Shown here piece by piece: positions 23,801-38,657 of a stretch of 64,000 nucleotides of DNA. A model generated the notes under the pieces. It saw only the letters and a program-made list of their open reading frames with translations, was not told the origin of the DNA and made no database searches. Positions within the stretch are counted from its first letter, which is position 1, and every line of letters starts with the position of its first letter. Origin of the DNA: Auanema rhodensis (Eukaryota; Animalia; Nematoda); assembly GCA_964057225.1 (NCBI GenBank), contig OZ059900.1, forward strand, positions 18,972,001 to 19,036,000, in the 5' to 3' direction. The translations under genes were made by a program, and so were the position numbers.

Positions 23801-26800
23801 CAAAACCTTGTTTACAGCGAAATTTCCAAAAACTGGTTTTCCAGCATAATAAAATATTTCTCATGGGAAATACTGTGTTTTTGTATTTTTCTAGTGTTCA
23901 GCATGTAAAATGCTTCATTTTAGTATGTAACACGCTGAAATTCGTTGCATTTGACGACTCATATGAACAAAAATCGATTTAATCAATATTAGCTATAAGG
24001 GGCGTGCCCTCAGAATATGCTAATTTCCTTAATTTTCTAACCCCTGTTTTTTTGTCGTGAAAGTGGAACTAGACGTTGTACGAACAATTTTGAGCTAAGT
24101 TTCATTGACATTGCATGAGTTTGAACACATGAAATCGTAAGTCAAAACCTTGTTTACAGCGAAATTTCCAAAAACTGGTTTTCCAGCATGATAAAATATT
24201 TCTCATGGGAAATACTGTGTTTTTGTATTTTTCTAGTGTTCAGCATGTGAAATGCTTCATTTTAGTTTGTAACACGCTGAAATTCGTTGCATTTGACGAC
24301 TCATATGAACAAAAATCGATTTAATCAATATTAGCCATAAGGGGCGTGCCCTCAGAATATACTAATTTCCTTAATTTTCTAACCCCTGTTTTTTTTGTCG
24401 TGAAAGTGGAACTAGACGTTGTACAAACAATTTTGAGCTAGGTTTCATTGACATTGCATGAGTTTGAACACATGAAATCGTAAGTCAAAACCTTGTTTAC
24501 AGCGAAATTTCCAAAAACTGGTTTTCCAGCATAATAAAATATTTCTCATGGGAAATACTGTGTTTTTGTTTTTTTCTAGTGTTCAGCATGTAAAATGCTT
24601 CATTTTAGTATGTAACACGCTGAAATTCGTTGCATTTGACGACTCATATGAACAAAAATCGATTTAATCAATATTAGCCATAAGGGGCGTGCCCTCAGAA
24701 TATACTAATTTCCTTAATTTTCTAACCCCTGTTTTTTTGTCGTGAAAGTGGAACTAGACGTTGTACGAACAATTTTGAGCTAGGTTTCATTGACATTGCA
24801 TGAGTTTGAACACATGAAATCGTAAGTCAAAACCTTGTTTACAGCGAAATTTCCAAAAACTGGTTTTCCAGCATAATAAAATATTTCTCATGGGAAATAC
24901 TGTGTTTTTGTATTTTTCTAGTGTTCAGCATGTAAAATGCTTCATTTTAGTATGTAACACGCTGAAATTCGTTGCATTTGACGACTCATATGAACAAAAA
25001 TCGATTTAATCAATATTAGCCATAAGGGGCGTGCCCTCAGAATATGCTAATTTCCTTAATTTTCTAACCCTTGTTTTTTTGTCGTGAAAGTGGAACTAGA
25101 CGTTGTACAAACAATTTTGAGCTAGGTTTCATTGACATTGCATGAGTTTGAACACATGAAATCGTAAGTCAAAACCTTGTTTACAGCGAAATTTCCAAAA
25201 ACTGGTTTTCCAGCATGATAAAATATTTCTCATGGGAAATACTGTGTTTTTGTATTTTTCTAGTGTTCAGCATGTGAAATGCTTCATTTTAGTATGTAAC
25301 ACGCTGAAATTCGTTGCATTTGACGACTCATATGAACAAAAATCGATTTAATCAATATTAGCCATAAGGGGCGTGCCCTCAGAATATACTAATTTCCTTA
25401 ATTTTCTAACCCCTGTTTTTTTTGTCGTGAAAGTGGAACTAGACGTTGTACAAACAATTTTGAGCTAGGTTTCATTGACATTGCATGAGTTTGAACACAT
25501 GAAATCGTAAGTCAAAACCTTGTTTACAGCGAAATTTCCAAAAACTGGTTTTCCAGCATAATAAAATATTTCTCATGGGAAATACTGTGTTTTTGTATTT
25601 TTCTAGTGTTCAGCATGTAAAATGCTTCATTTTAGTATGTAACACGCTGAAATTCGTTGCATTTGACGACTCATATGAACAAAAATCGATTTAATCATTA
25701 TTAGCCATAAGGGGCGTGCCCTCAGAATATGCTAATTTCCTTAATTTTCTAACCCCTGTTTTTTTGTCGTGAAAGTGGAACTAGACGTTGTACGAACAAT
25801 TTTGAGCTAGGTTTCATTGACATTGCATGAGTTTGAACACATGAAATCGTAAGTCAAAACCTTGTTTACAGCGAAATTTCCAAAAACTGGTTTTCCAGCA
25901 TAATAAAATATTTCTCATGGGAAATACTGTGTTTTTGTATTTTTCTAGTGTTCAGCATGTAAAATGCTTCATTTTAGTATGTAACACGCTGAAATTCGTT
26001 GCATTTGACGACTCATATGAACAAAAATCGATTTAATCAATATTAGCCATAAGGGGCGTGCCCTCAGAATATGCTAATTTCCTTAATTTTCTAACCCCTG
26101 TTTTTTTGTCGTGAAAGTGGAACTAGACGTTGTACGAACAATTTTGAGCTAAGTTTCATTGACATTGCATGAGTTTGAACACATGAAATCGTAAGTCAAA
26201 ACCTTGTTTACAGCGAAATTTCCAAAAACTGGTTTTCCAGCATAATAAAATATTTCTCATGGGAAATACTGTGTTTTTGTTTTTTTCTAGTGTTCAGCAT
26301 GTAAAATGCTTCATTTTAGTATGTAACACGCAGAAATTCGTTGCATTTGACGACTCATATGAACAAAAATCGATTTAATCATTATTAGCCATAAGGGGCG
26401 TGCCCTCAGAATATGCTAATTTCCTTAATTTTCTAACCCCTGTTTTTTTGTCGTGAAAGTGGAACTAGACGTTGTACGAACAATTTTGAGCTAGGTTTCA
26501 TTGACATTGCATGAGTTTGAACACATGAAATCGTAAGTCAAAACCTTGTTTACAGCGAAATTTCCAAAAACTGGTTTTCCAGCATAATAAAATATTTCTC
26601 ATGGGAAATACTGTGTTTTTGTATTTTTCTAGTGTTCAGCATGTAAAATGTTTCATTTTAGTATGTAACACGCTGAAATTCGTTGCATTTGACGACTCAT
26701 ATGAACAAAAATCGATTTAATCAATATTAGCCATAAGGGGCGTGCCCTCAGAATATGCTAATTTCCTTAATTTTCTAACCCCTGTTTTTTTGTCGTGAAA

Positions 26801-27369
26801 GTGGAACTAGACGTTGTACGAACAATTTTGAGCTAGGTTTCATTGACATTGCATGAGTTTGAACACATGAAATCGTAAGTCAAAACCTTGTTTACAGCGA
26901 AATTTCCAAAAACTGGTTTTCCAGCATAATAAAATATTTCTCATGGGAAATACTGTGTTTTTGTATTTTTCTAGTGTTCAGCATGTAAAATGCTTCATTT
27001 TAGTATGTAACACGCTGAAATTCGTTGCATTTGACGACTCATATGAACAAAAATCGATTTAATCAATATTAGCCATAAGGGGCGTGCCCTCAGAATATGC
27101 TAATTTCCTTAATTTTCTAACCCCTGTTTTTTTGTCGTGAAAGTGGAACTAGACGTTGTACGAACAATTTTGAGCTAGGTTTCATTGACATTGCATGAGT
27201 TTGAACACATGAAATCGTAAGTCAAAACCTTGTTTACAGCGAAATTTCCAAAAACTGGTTTTCCAGCATAATAAAATATTTCTCATGGGAAATACTGTGT
27301 TTTTGTATTTTTCTAGTGTTCAGCATGTAAAATGCTTCATTTTAGTATGTAACACGCTGAAATTCGTTG

Positions 27370-30105
27370 CATTTGACGACTCATATGAACAAAAATCGAT
27401 TTAATCAATATTAGCTATAAGGGGCGTGCCCTCAGAATATGCTAATTTCCTTAATTTTCTAACCCCTGTTTTTTTGTCGTGAAAGTGGAACTAGACGTTG
27501 TACGAACAATTTTGAGCTAAGTTTCATTGACATTGCATGAGTTTGAACATATGAAATCGTAAGTCAAAACCTTGTTTACAGCGAAATTTCCAAAAACTGG
27601 TTTTCCAGCATAATAAAATATTTCTCATGGGAAATACTGTGTTTTTGTATTTTTTTAGTGTTCAGCATGTAAAATGCTTCATTTTAGTATGTAACACGCT
27701 GAAATTCGTTGCATTTGACGACTCATATGAACAAAAATCGATTTAATCAATATTAGCCATAAGGGGCGTGCCCTCAGAATATGCTAATTTCCTTAATTTT
27801 CTAACCCCTGTTTTTTTGTCGTGAAAGTGGAACTAGACGTTGTACGAACAATTTTGAGCTAGGTTTCATTGACATTGCATGAGTTTGAACACATGAAATC
27901 GTAAGTCAAAACCTTGTTTACAGCGAAATTTCCAAAAACTGGTTTTCCAGCATAATAAAATATTTCTCATGGGAAATACTGTGTTTTTGTATTTTTCTAG
28001 TGTTCAGCATGTAAAATGCTTCATTTTAGTATGTAACACGCTGAAATTCGTTGCATTTGACGACTCATATGAACAAAAATCGATTTAATCAATATTAGCC
28101 ATAAGGGGCGTGCCCTCAGAATATGCTAATTTCCTTAATTTTCTAACCCCTGTTTTTTTGTCGTGAAAGTGGAACTAGACGTTGTACGAACAATTTTGAG
28201 CTAGGTTTCATTGACATTGCATGAGTTTGAACACATGAAATCGTAAGTCAAAACCTTGTTTACAGCGAAATTTCCAAAAACTGGTTTTCCAGCATAATAA
28301 AATATTTTTCATGAGAAATACTGTGTTTTTGTATTTTTCTAGTGTTCAGCATGTAAAATGCTTCATTTTAGTATGTAACACGCTGAAATTCGTTGCATTT
28401 GACGACTCATATGAACAAAAATCGAATTAATCAATATTAGCCATAAGGGGCGTGCCCTCAGAATATGCTAATTTCCTTAATTTTCTAACCCCTGTTTTTT
28501 TGTCGTGAAAGTGGAACTAGACGTTGTACAAACAATTTTGAGCAAGGTTTCATTGACATTGCATGAATTTGAACACATGAAATCGTAAGTCAAAACCTTG
28601 TTTACAGCGAAATTTCCAAAAACTGGTTTTCCAGCATAATAAAATATTTCTCATGGGAAATACTGTGTTTTTGTATTTTTCTAGTGTTCAGCATGTAAAA
28701 TGCTTCATTTTGGTATGTAACACGCTGAAATTCGTTGCATTTGACGACTCATATGAACAAAAATCGAATTAATCAATATTAGCCATAAGGGGCGTGCCCT
28801 CAGAATATGCTAATTTCCTTAATTTTCTAACCCCTGTTTTTTTGTCGTGAAAGTGGAACTAGACGTTGTACGAACAATTTTGAGCTAGGTTTCATTGACA
28901 TTGCATGAGTTTGAACACATGAAATCGTAAGTCAAAACCTTGTTTACAGCGAAATTTCCAAAAACTGGTTTTCCAGCATAATAAAATATTTCTCATGGGA
29001 AATACTGTGTTTTTGTATTTTTCTAGTGTTCAGCATGTAAAATGCTTCATTTTAGTATGTAACACGCTGAAATTCGTTGCATTTGACGACTCATATGAAC
29101 AAAAATCGATTTAATCAATATTAGCCATAAGGGGCGTGCCCTCAGAATATGCTAATTTCCTTAATTTTCTAACCCCTGTTTTTTTGTCGTGAAAGTGGAA
29201 CTAGGCGTTGTACGAACAATTTTGAGCTAGGTTTCATTGACATTGCATGAGTTTGAACACATGAAATCGTAAGTGAAAACCTTGTTTACAGCGAAATTTC
29301 CAAAAACTGGTTTTCCAGCATAATAAAATATTTCTCATGGGAAATACTGTGTTTTTGTATTTTTCTAGTGTTCAGCATGTAAAATGCTTCATTTTAGTAT
29401 GTAACACGCTGAAATTCGTTGCATTTGACGACTCATATGAACAAAAATCGATTTAATCAATATTAGCCATAAGGGGCGTGCCCTCAGAATATGCTAACTT
29501 CCTTAATTTTCTAACCCCTGTTTTTTTGTCGTGAAAGTGGAACTAGACGTTGTACGAACAATTTTGAGCTAGGTTTCATTGACATTGCATGAGTTTGAAC
29601 ACATGAAATCGTAAGTCAAAACCTTGTTTACAGCGAAATTTCCAAAAACTGGTTTTCCAGCATAATAAAATATTTCTCATGGGAAATACTGTGTTTTTGT
29701 TTTTTTCTAGTGTTCAGCATGTAAAATGCTTAATTTTAGTATGTAACACGCTGAAATTCGTTGCATTTGACGACTCATATGAACAAAAATCGATTTAATC
29801 AATATTAGCCATAAGGGGCGTGCCCTCAGAATATGCTAATTTCCTTAATTTTCTAACCCCTGTTTTTTTGTCGTTAAAGTGGAACTAGACGTTGTACGAA
29901 CAATTTTGAGCTAGGTTTCATTGACATTGCATGAGTTTGAACACATGAAATCGTAAGTCAAAACCTTGTTTACAGCGAAATTTCCAAAAACTGGTTTTCC
30001 AGCATAATAAAATATTTCTCATGGGAAATACTGTGTTTTTGTATTTTTCTAGTGTTCAGCATGTAAAATGCTTCATTTTAGTATGTAACACGCTGAAATT
30101 CGTTG
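27370..30105. repeat. 8-monomer variant cassette, copy 1 (m81-88)
   Basis: Ordered series: C47T+G151A+C181T+C286T; consensus; C255T+G261A; T31A+G135A+T149A+G172A+A317G; near-consensus; A126G+C196G; T77C+A280T+C311A; G112T. Confidence 0.88.
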
Positions 30106-33100
30106 CATTTGACGACTCATATGAACAAAAATCGATTTAATCATTATTAGCCATAAGGGGCGTGCCCTCAGAATATGCTAATTTCCTTAATTTTCTAACC
30201 CCTGTTTTTTTGTCGTGAAAGTGGAACTAGACGTTGTACGAACAGTTTTGAGCTAGGTTTCATTGACATTGCATGAGTTTGAACACATGAAATCGTAAGT
30301 CAAAACCTTGTTTACAGCGAAATTTCCAAAAACTGGTTTTCCAGCATAATAAAATATTTCTCATGGGAAATACTGTGTTTTTGTATTTTTCTAGTGTTCA
30401 GCATGTAAAATGTTTCATTTTAGTATGTAACACGCTGAAATTCGTTGCATTTGACGACTCATATGAACAAAAATCGATTTAATCAATATTAGCCATAAGG
30501 GGCGTGCCCTCAGAATATGCTAATTTCCTTAATTTTCTAACCCCTGTTTTTTTGTCGTGAAAGTGGAACTAGACGTTGTACGAACAATTTTGAGCTAGGT
30601 TTCATTGACATTGCATGAGTTTGAACACATGAAATCGTAAGTCAAAACCTTGTTTACAGCGAAATTTCCAAAAACTGGTTTTCCAGCATAATAAAATATT
30701 TCTCATGGGAAATACTGTGTTTTTGTATTTTTCTAGTGTTCAGCATGTAAAATGCTTCATTTTAGTATGTAACACGCTGAAATTCGTTGCATTTGACGAC
30801 TCATATGAACAAAAATCGATTTAATCATTATTAGCCATAAGGGGCGTGCCCTCAGAATATGCTAATTTCCTTAATTTTCTAACCCCTGTTTTTTTGTCGT
30901 GAAAGTGGAACTAGACGTTGTACGAACAATTTTGAGCTAGGTTTCATTGACATTGCATGAGTTTGAACACATGAAATCGTAAGTCAAAACCTTGTTTACA
31001 GCGAAATTTCCAAAAACTGGTTTTCCAGCATAATAAAATATTTCTCATGGGAAATACTGTGTTTTTGTATTTTTCTAGTGTTCAGCATGTAAAATGTTTC
31101 ATTTTAGTATGTAACACGCTGAAATTCGTTGCATTTGACGACTCATATGAACAAAAATCGATTTAATCAATATTAGCCATAAGGGGCGTGCCCTCAGAAT
31201 ATGCTAATTTCCTTAATTTTCTAACCCCTGTTTTTTTGTCGTGAAAGTGGAACTAGACGTTGTACGAACAATTTTGAGCTAGGTTTCATTGACATTGCAT
31301 GAGTTTGAACACATGAAATCGTAAGTGAAAACCTTGTTTACAGCGAAATTTCCAAAAACTGGTTTTCCAGCATAATAAAATATTTCTCATGGGAAATACT
31401 GTGTTTTTGTATTTTTCTAGTGTTCAGCATGTAAAATGCTTAATTTTAGTATGTAACACGCTGAAATTCGTTGCATTTGACGACTCATATGAACAAAAAT
31501 CGATTTAATCAATATTAGCCATAAGGGGCGTGCCCTCAGAATATGCTAATTTCCTTAATTTTCTAACCCCTGTTTTTTTGTCGTGAAAGTGGAACTAGAC
31601 GTTGTACGAACAATTTTGAGCTAGGTTTCATTGACATTGCATGAGTTTGAACACATGAAATCGTAAGTCAAAACCTTGTTTACAGCGAAATTTCCAAAAA
31701 CTGGTTTTCCAGCATAATAAAATATTTCTCATGGGAAATACTGTGTTTTTGTATTTTTCTAGTGTTCAGCATGTAAAATGCTTCATTTTAGTATGTAACA
31801 CGCTGAAATTCGTTGCATTTGACGACTCATATGAACAAAAATCGATTTAATCAATATTAGCTATAAGGGGCGTGCCCTCAGAATATGCTAATTTCCTTAA
31901 TTTTCTAACCCCTGTTTTTTTGTCGTGAAAGTGGAACTAGACGTTGTACGAACAATTTTGAGCTAAGTTTCATTGACATTGCATGAGTTTGAACACATGA
32001 AATCGTAAGTCAAAACCTTGTTTACAGCGAAATTTCCAAAAACTGGTTTTCCAGCATGATAAAATATTTCTCATGGGAAATACTGTGTTTTTGTATTTTT
32101 CTAGTGTTCAGCATGTGAAATGCTTCATTTTAGTATGTAACACGCTGAAATTCGTTGCATTTGACGACTCATATGAACAAAAATCGATTTAATCAATATT
32201 AGCCATAAGGGGCGTGCCCTCAGAATATACTAATTTCCTTAATTTTCTAACCCCTGTTTTTTTTGTCGTGAAAGTGGAACTAGACGTTGTACAAACAATT
32301 TTGAGCTAGGTTTCATTGACATTGCATGAGTTTGAACACATGAAATCGTAAGTCAAAACCTTGTTTACAGCGAAATTTCCAAAAACTGGTTTTCCAGCAT
32401 AATAAAATATTTCTCATGGGAAATACTGTGTTTTTGTTTTTTTCTAGTGTTCAGCATGTAAAATGCTTCATTTTAGTATGTAACACGCTGAAATTCGTTG
32501 CATTTGACGACTCATATGAACAAAAATCGATTTAATCAATATTAGCCATAAGGGGCGTGCCCTCAGAATATACTAATTTCCTTAATTTTCTAACCCCTGT
32601 TTTTTTGTCGTGAAAGTGGAACTAGACGTTGTACGAACAATTTTGAGCTAGGTTTCATTGACATTGCATGAGTTTGAACACATGAAATCGTAAGTCAAAA
32701 CCTTGTTTACAGCGAAATTTCCAAAAACTGGTTTTCCAGCATAATAAAATATTTCTCATGGGAAATACTGTGTTTTTGTATTTTTCTAGTGTTCAGCATG
32801 TAAAATGCTTCATTTTAGTATGTAACACGCTGAAATTCGTTGCATTTGACGACTCATATGAACAAAAATCGATTTAATCAATATTAGCCATAAGGGGCGT
32901 GCCCTCAGAATATGCTAATTTCCTTAATTTTCTAACCCTTGTTTTTTTGTCGTGAAAGTGGAACTAGACGTTGTACAAACAATTTTGAGCTAGGTTTCAT
33001 TGACATTGCATGAGTTTGAACACATGAAATCGTAAGTCAAAACCTTGTTTACAGCGAAATTTCCAAAAACTGGTTTTCCAGCATAATAAAATATTTCTCA

Positions 33101-35921
33101 TGGGAAATACTGTGTTTTTGTTTTTTTCTAGTGTTCAGCATGTAAAATGCTTCATTTTAGTATGTAACACGCTGAAATTCGTTGCATTTGACGACTCATA
33201 TGAACAAAAATCGATTTAATCAATATTAGCCATAAGGGGCGTGCCCTCAGAATATACTAATTTCCTTAATTTTCTAACCCCTGTTTTTTTGTCGTGAAAG
33301 TGGAACTAGACGTTGTACGAACAATTTTGAGCTAGGTTTCATTGACATTGCATGAGTTTGAACACATGAAATCGTAAGTCAAAACCTTGTTTACAGCGAA
33401 ATTTCCAAAAACTGGTTTTCCAGCATAATAAAATATTTCTCATGGGAAATACTGTGTTTTTGTATTTTTCTAGTGTTCAGCATGTAAAATGCTTCATTTT
33501 AGTATGTAACACGCTGAAATTCGTTGCATTTGACGACTCATATGAACAAAAATCGATTTAATCAATATTAGCCATAAGGGGCGTGCCCTCAGAGTATGCT
33601 AATTTCCTTAATTTTCTAACCCTTGTTTTTTTGTCGTGAAAGTGGAACTAGACGTTGTACAAACAATTTTGAGCTAGGTTTCATTGACATTGCATGAGTT
33701 TGAACACATGAAATCGTAAGTCAAAACCTTGTTTACAGCGAAATTTCCAAAAACTGGTTTTCCAGCATGATAAAATATTTCTCATGGGAAATACTGTGTT
33801 TTTGTATTTTTCTAGTGTTCAGCATGTGAAATGCTTCATTTTAGTATGTAACACGCTGAAATTCGTTGCATTTGACGACTCATATGAACAAAAATCGATT
33901 TAATCAATATTAGCCATAAGGGGCGTGCCCTCAGAATATACTAATTTCCTTAATTTTCTAACCCCTGTTTTTTTTGTCGTGAAAGTGGAACTAGACGTTG
34001 TACAAACAATTTTGAGCTAGGTTTCATTGACATTGCATGAGTTTGAACACATGAAATCGTAAGTCAAAACCTTGTTTACAGCGAAATTTCCAAAAACTGG
34101 TTTTCCAGCATAATAAAATATTTCTCATGGGAAATACTGTGTTTTTGTATTTTTCTAGTGTTCAGCATGTAAAATGCTTCATTTTAGTATGTAACACGCT
34201 GAAATTCGTTGCATTTGACGACTCATATGAACAAAAATCGATTTAATCATTATTAGCCATAAGGGGCGTGCCCTCAGAATATGCTAATTTCCTTAATTTT
34301 CTAACCCCTGTTTTTTTGTCGTGAAAGTGGAACTAGACGTTGTACGAACAATTTTGAGCTAGGTTTCATTGACATTGCATGAGTTTGAACACATGAAATC
34401 GTAAGTCAAAACCTTGTTTACAGCGAAATTTCCAAAAACTGGTTTTCCAGCATAATAAAATATTTCTCATGGGAAATACTGTGTTTTTGTATTTTTCTAG
34501 TGTTCAGCATGTAAAATGCTTCATTTTAGTATGTAACACGCTGAAATTCGTTGCATTTGACGACTCATATGAACAAAAATCGATTTAATCAATATTAGCC
34601 ATAAGGGGCGTGCCCTCAGAATATGCTAATTTCCTTAATTTTCTAACCCCTGTTTTTTTGTCGTGAAAGTGGAACTAGACGTTGTACGAACAATTTTGAG
34701 CTAAGTTTCATTGACATTGCATGAGTTTGAACACATGAAATCGTAAGTCAAAACCTTGTTTACAGCGAAATTTCCAAAAACTGGTTTTTCAGCATAATAA
34801 AATATTTCTCATGGGAAATACTGTGTTTTTGTTTTTTTCTAGTGTTCAGCATGTAAAATGCTTCATTTTAGTATGTAACACGCAGAAATTCGTTGCATTT
34901 GACGACTCATATGAACAAAAATCGATTTAATCATTATTAGCCATAAGGGGCGTGCCCTCAGAATATGCTAATTTCCTTAATTTTCTAACCCCTGTTTTTT
35001 TGTCGTGAAAGTGGAACTAGACGTTGTACGAACAATTTTGAGCTAGGTTTCATTGACATTGCATGAGTTTGAACACATGAAATCGTAAGTCAAAACCTTG
35101 TTTACAGCGAAATTTCCAAAAACTGGTTTTCCAGCATAATAAAATATTTCTCATGGGAAATACTGTGTTTTTGTATTTTTCTAGTGTTCAGCATGTAAAA
35201 TGTTTCATTTTAGTATGTAACACGCTGAAATTCGTTGCATTTGACGACTCATATGAACAAAAATCGATTTAATCAATATTAGCCATAAGGGGCGTGCCCT
35301 CAGAATATGCTAATTTCCTTAATTTTCTAACCCCTGTTTTTTTGTCGTGAAAGTGGAACTAGACGTTGTACGAACAATTTTGAGCTAGGTTTCATTGACA
35401 TTGCATGAGTTTGAACACATGAAATCGTAAGTCAAAACCTTGTTTACAGCGAAATTTCCAAAAACTGGTTTTCCAGCATAATAAAATATTTCTCATGGGA
35501 AATACTGTGTTTTTGTATTTTTCTAGTGTTCAGCATGTAAAATGCTTCATTTTAGTATGTAACACGCTGAAATTCGTTGCATTTGACGACTCATATGAAC
35601 AAAAATCGATTTAATCAATATTAGCCATAAGGGGCGTGCCCTCAGAATATGCTAATTTCCTTAATTTTCTAACCCCTGTTTTTTTGTCGTGAAAGTGGAA
35701 CTAGACGTTGTACGAACAATTTTGAGCTAGGTTTCATTGACATTGCATGAGTTTGAACACATGAAATCGTAAGTCAAAACCTTGTTTACAGCGAAATTTC
35801 CAAAAACTGGTTTTCCAGCATAATAAAATATTTCTCATGGGAAATACTGTGTTTTTGTATTTTTCTAGTGTTCAGCATGTAAAATGCTTCATTTTAGTAT
35901 GTAACACGCTGAAATTCGTTG

Positions 35922-38657
35922 CATTTGACGACTCATATGAACAAAAATCGATTTAATCAATATTAGCTATAAGGGGCGTGCCCTCAGAATATGCTAATTT
36001 CCTTAATTTTCTAACCCCTGTTTTTTTGTCGTGAAAGTGGAACTAGACGTTGTACGAACAATTTTGAGCTAAGTTTCATTGACATTGCATGAGTTTGAAC
36101 ATATGAAATCGTAAGTCAAAACCTTGTTTACAGCGAAATTTCCAAAAACTGGTTTTCCAGCATAATAAAATATTTCTCATGGGAAATACTGTGTTTTTGT
36201 ATTTTTTTAGTGTTCAGCATGTAAAATGCTTCATTTTAGTATGTAACACGCTGAAATTCGTTGCATTTGACGACTCATATGAACAAAAATCGATTTAATC
36301 AATATTAGCCATAAGGGGCGTGCCCTCAGAATATGCTAATTTCCTTAATTTTCTAACCCCTGTTTTTTTGTCGTGAAAGTGGAACTAGACGTTGTACGAA
36401 CAATTTTGAGCTAGGTTTCATTGACATTGCATGAGTTTGAACACATGAAATCGTAAGTCAAAACCTTGTTTACAGCGAAATTTCCAAAAACTGGTTTTCC
36501 AGCATAATAAAATATTTCTCATGGGAAATACTGTGTTTTTGTATTTTTCTAGTGTTCAGCATGTAAAATGCTTCATTTTAGTATGTAACACGCTGAAATT
36601 CGTTGCATTTGACGACTCATATGAACAAAAATCGATTTAATCAATATTAGCCATAAGGGGCGTGCCCTCAGAATATGCTAATTTCCTTAATTTTCTAACC
36701 CCTGTTTTTTTGTCGTGAAAGTGGAACTAGACGTTGTACGAACAATTTTGAGCTAGGTTTCATTGACATTGCATGAGTTTGAACACATGAAATCGTAAGT
36801 CAAAACCTTGTTTACAGCGAAATTTCCAAAAACTGGTTTTCCAGCATAATAAAATATTTTTCATGAGAAATACTGTGTTTTTGTATTTTTCTAGTGTTCA
36901 GCATGTAAAATGCTTCATTTTAGTATGTAACACGCTGAAATTCGTTGCATTTGACGACTCATATGAACAAAAATCGAATTAATCAATATTAGCCATAAGG
37001 GGCGTGCCCTCAGAATATGCTAATTTCCTTAATTTTCTAACCCCTGTTTTTTTGTCGTGAAAGTGGAACTAGACGTTGTACAAACAATTTTGAGCAAGGT
37101 TTCATTGACATTGCATGAATTTGAACACATGAAATCGTAAGTCAAAACCTTGTTTACAGCGAAATTTCCAAAAACTGGTTTTCCAGCATAATAAAATATT
37201 TCTCATGGGAAATACTGTGTTTTTGTATTTTTCTAGTGTTCAGCATGTAAAATGCTTCATTTTGGTATGTAACACGCTGAAATTCGTTGCATTTGACGAC
37301 TCATATGAACAAAAATCGATTTAATCAATATTAGCCATAAGGGGCGTGCCCTCAGAATATGCTAATTTCCTTAATTTTCTAACCCCTGTTTTTTTGTCGT
37401 GAAAGTGGAACTAGACGTTGTACGAACAATTTTGAGCTAGGTTTCATTGACATTGCATGAGTTTGAACACATGAAATCGTAAGTCAAAACCTTGTTTACA
37501 GCGAAATTTCCAAAAACTGGTTTTCCAGCATAATAAAATATTTCTCATGGGAAATACTGTGTTTTTGTATTTTTCTAGTGTTCAGCATGTAAAATGCTTC
37601 ATTTTAGTATGTAACACGCTGAAATTCGTTGCATTTGACGACTCATATGAACAAAAATCGATTTAATCAATATTAGCCATAAGGGGCGTGCCCTCAGAAT
37701 ATGCTAATTTCCTTAATTTTCTAACCCCTGTTTTTTTGTCGTGAAAGTGGAACTAGGCGTTGTACGAACAATTTTGAGCTAGGTTTCATTGACATTGCAT
37801 GAGTTTGAACACATGAAATCGTAAGTGAAAACCTTGTTTACAGCGAAATTTCCAAAAACTGGTTTTCCAGCATAATAAAATATTTCTCATGGGAAATACT
37901 GTGTTTTTGTATTTTTCTAGTGTTCAGCATGTAAAATGCTTCATTTTAGTATGTAACACGCTGAAATTCGTTGCATTTGACGACTCATATGAACAAAAAT
38001 CGATTTAATCAATATTAGCCATAAGGGGCGTGCCCTCAGAATATGCTAACTTCCTTAATTTTCTAACCCCTGTTTTTTTGTCGTGAAAGTGGAACTAGAC
38101 GTTGTACGAACAATTTTGAGCTAGGTTTCATAGACATTGCATGAGTTTGAACACATGAAATCGTAAGTCAAAACCTTGTTTACAGCGAAATTTCCAAAAA
38201 CTGGTTTTCCAGCATAATAAAATATTTCTCATGGGAAATACTGTGTTTTTGTTTTTTTCTAGTGTTCAGCATGTAAAATGCTTAATTTTAGTATGTAACA
38301 CGCTGAAATTCGTTGCATTTGACGACTCATATGAACAAAAATCGATTTAATCAATATTAGCCATAAGGGGCGTGCCCTCAGAATATGCTAATTTCCTTAA
38401 TTTTCTAACCCCTGTTTTTTTGTCGTTAAAGTGGAACTAGACGTTGTACGAACAATTTTGAGCTAGGTTTCATTGACATTGCATGAGTTTGAACACATGA
38501 AATCGTAAGTCAAAACCTTGTTTACAGCGAAATTTCCAAAAACTGGTTTTCCAGCATAATAAAATATTTCTCATGGGAAATACTGTGTTTTTGTTTTTTT
38601 CTAGTGTTCAGCATGTAAAATGCTTCATTTTAGTATGTAACACGCTGAAATTCGTTG
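35922..38657. repeat. 8-monomer variant cassette, copy 2 (m106-113)
   Basis: Same ordered diagnostic variants as 27370-30105. Confidence 0.88.
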
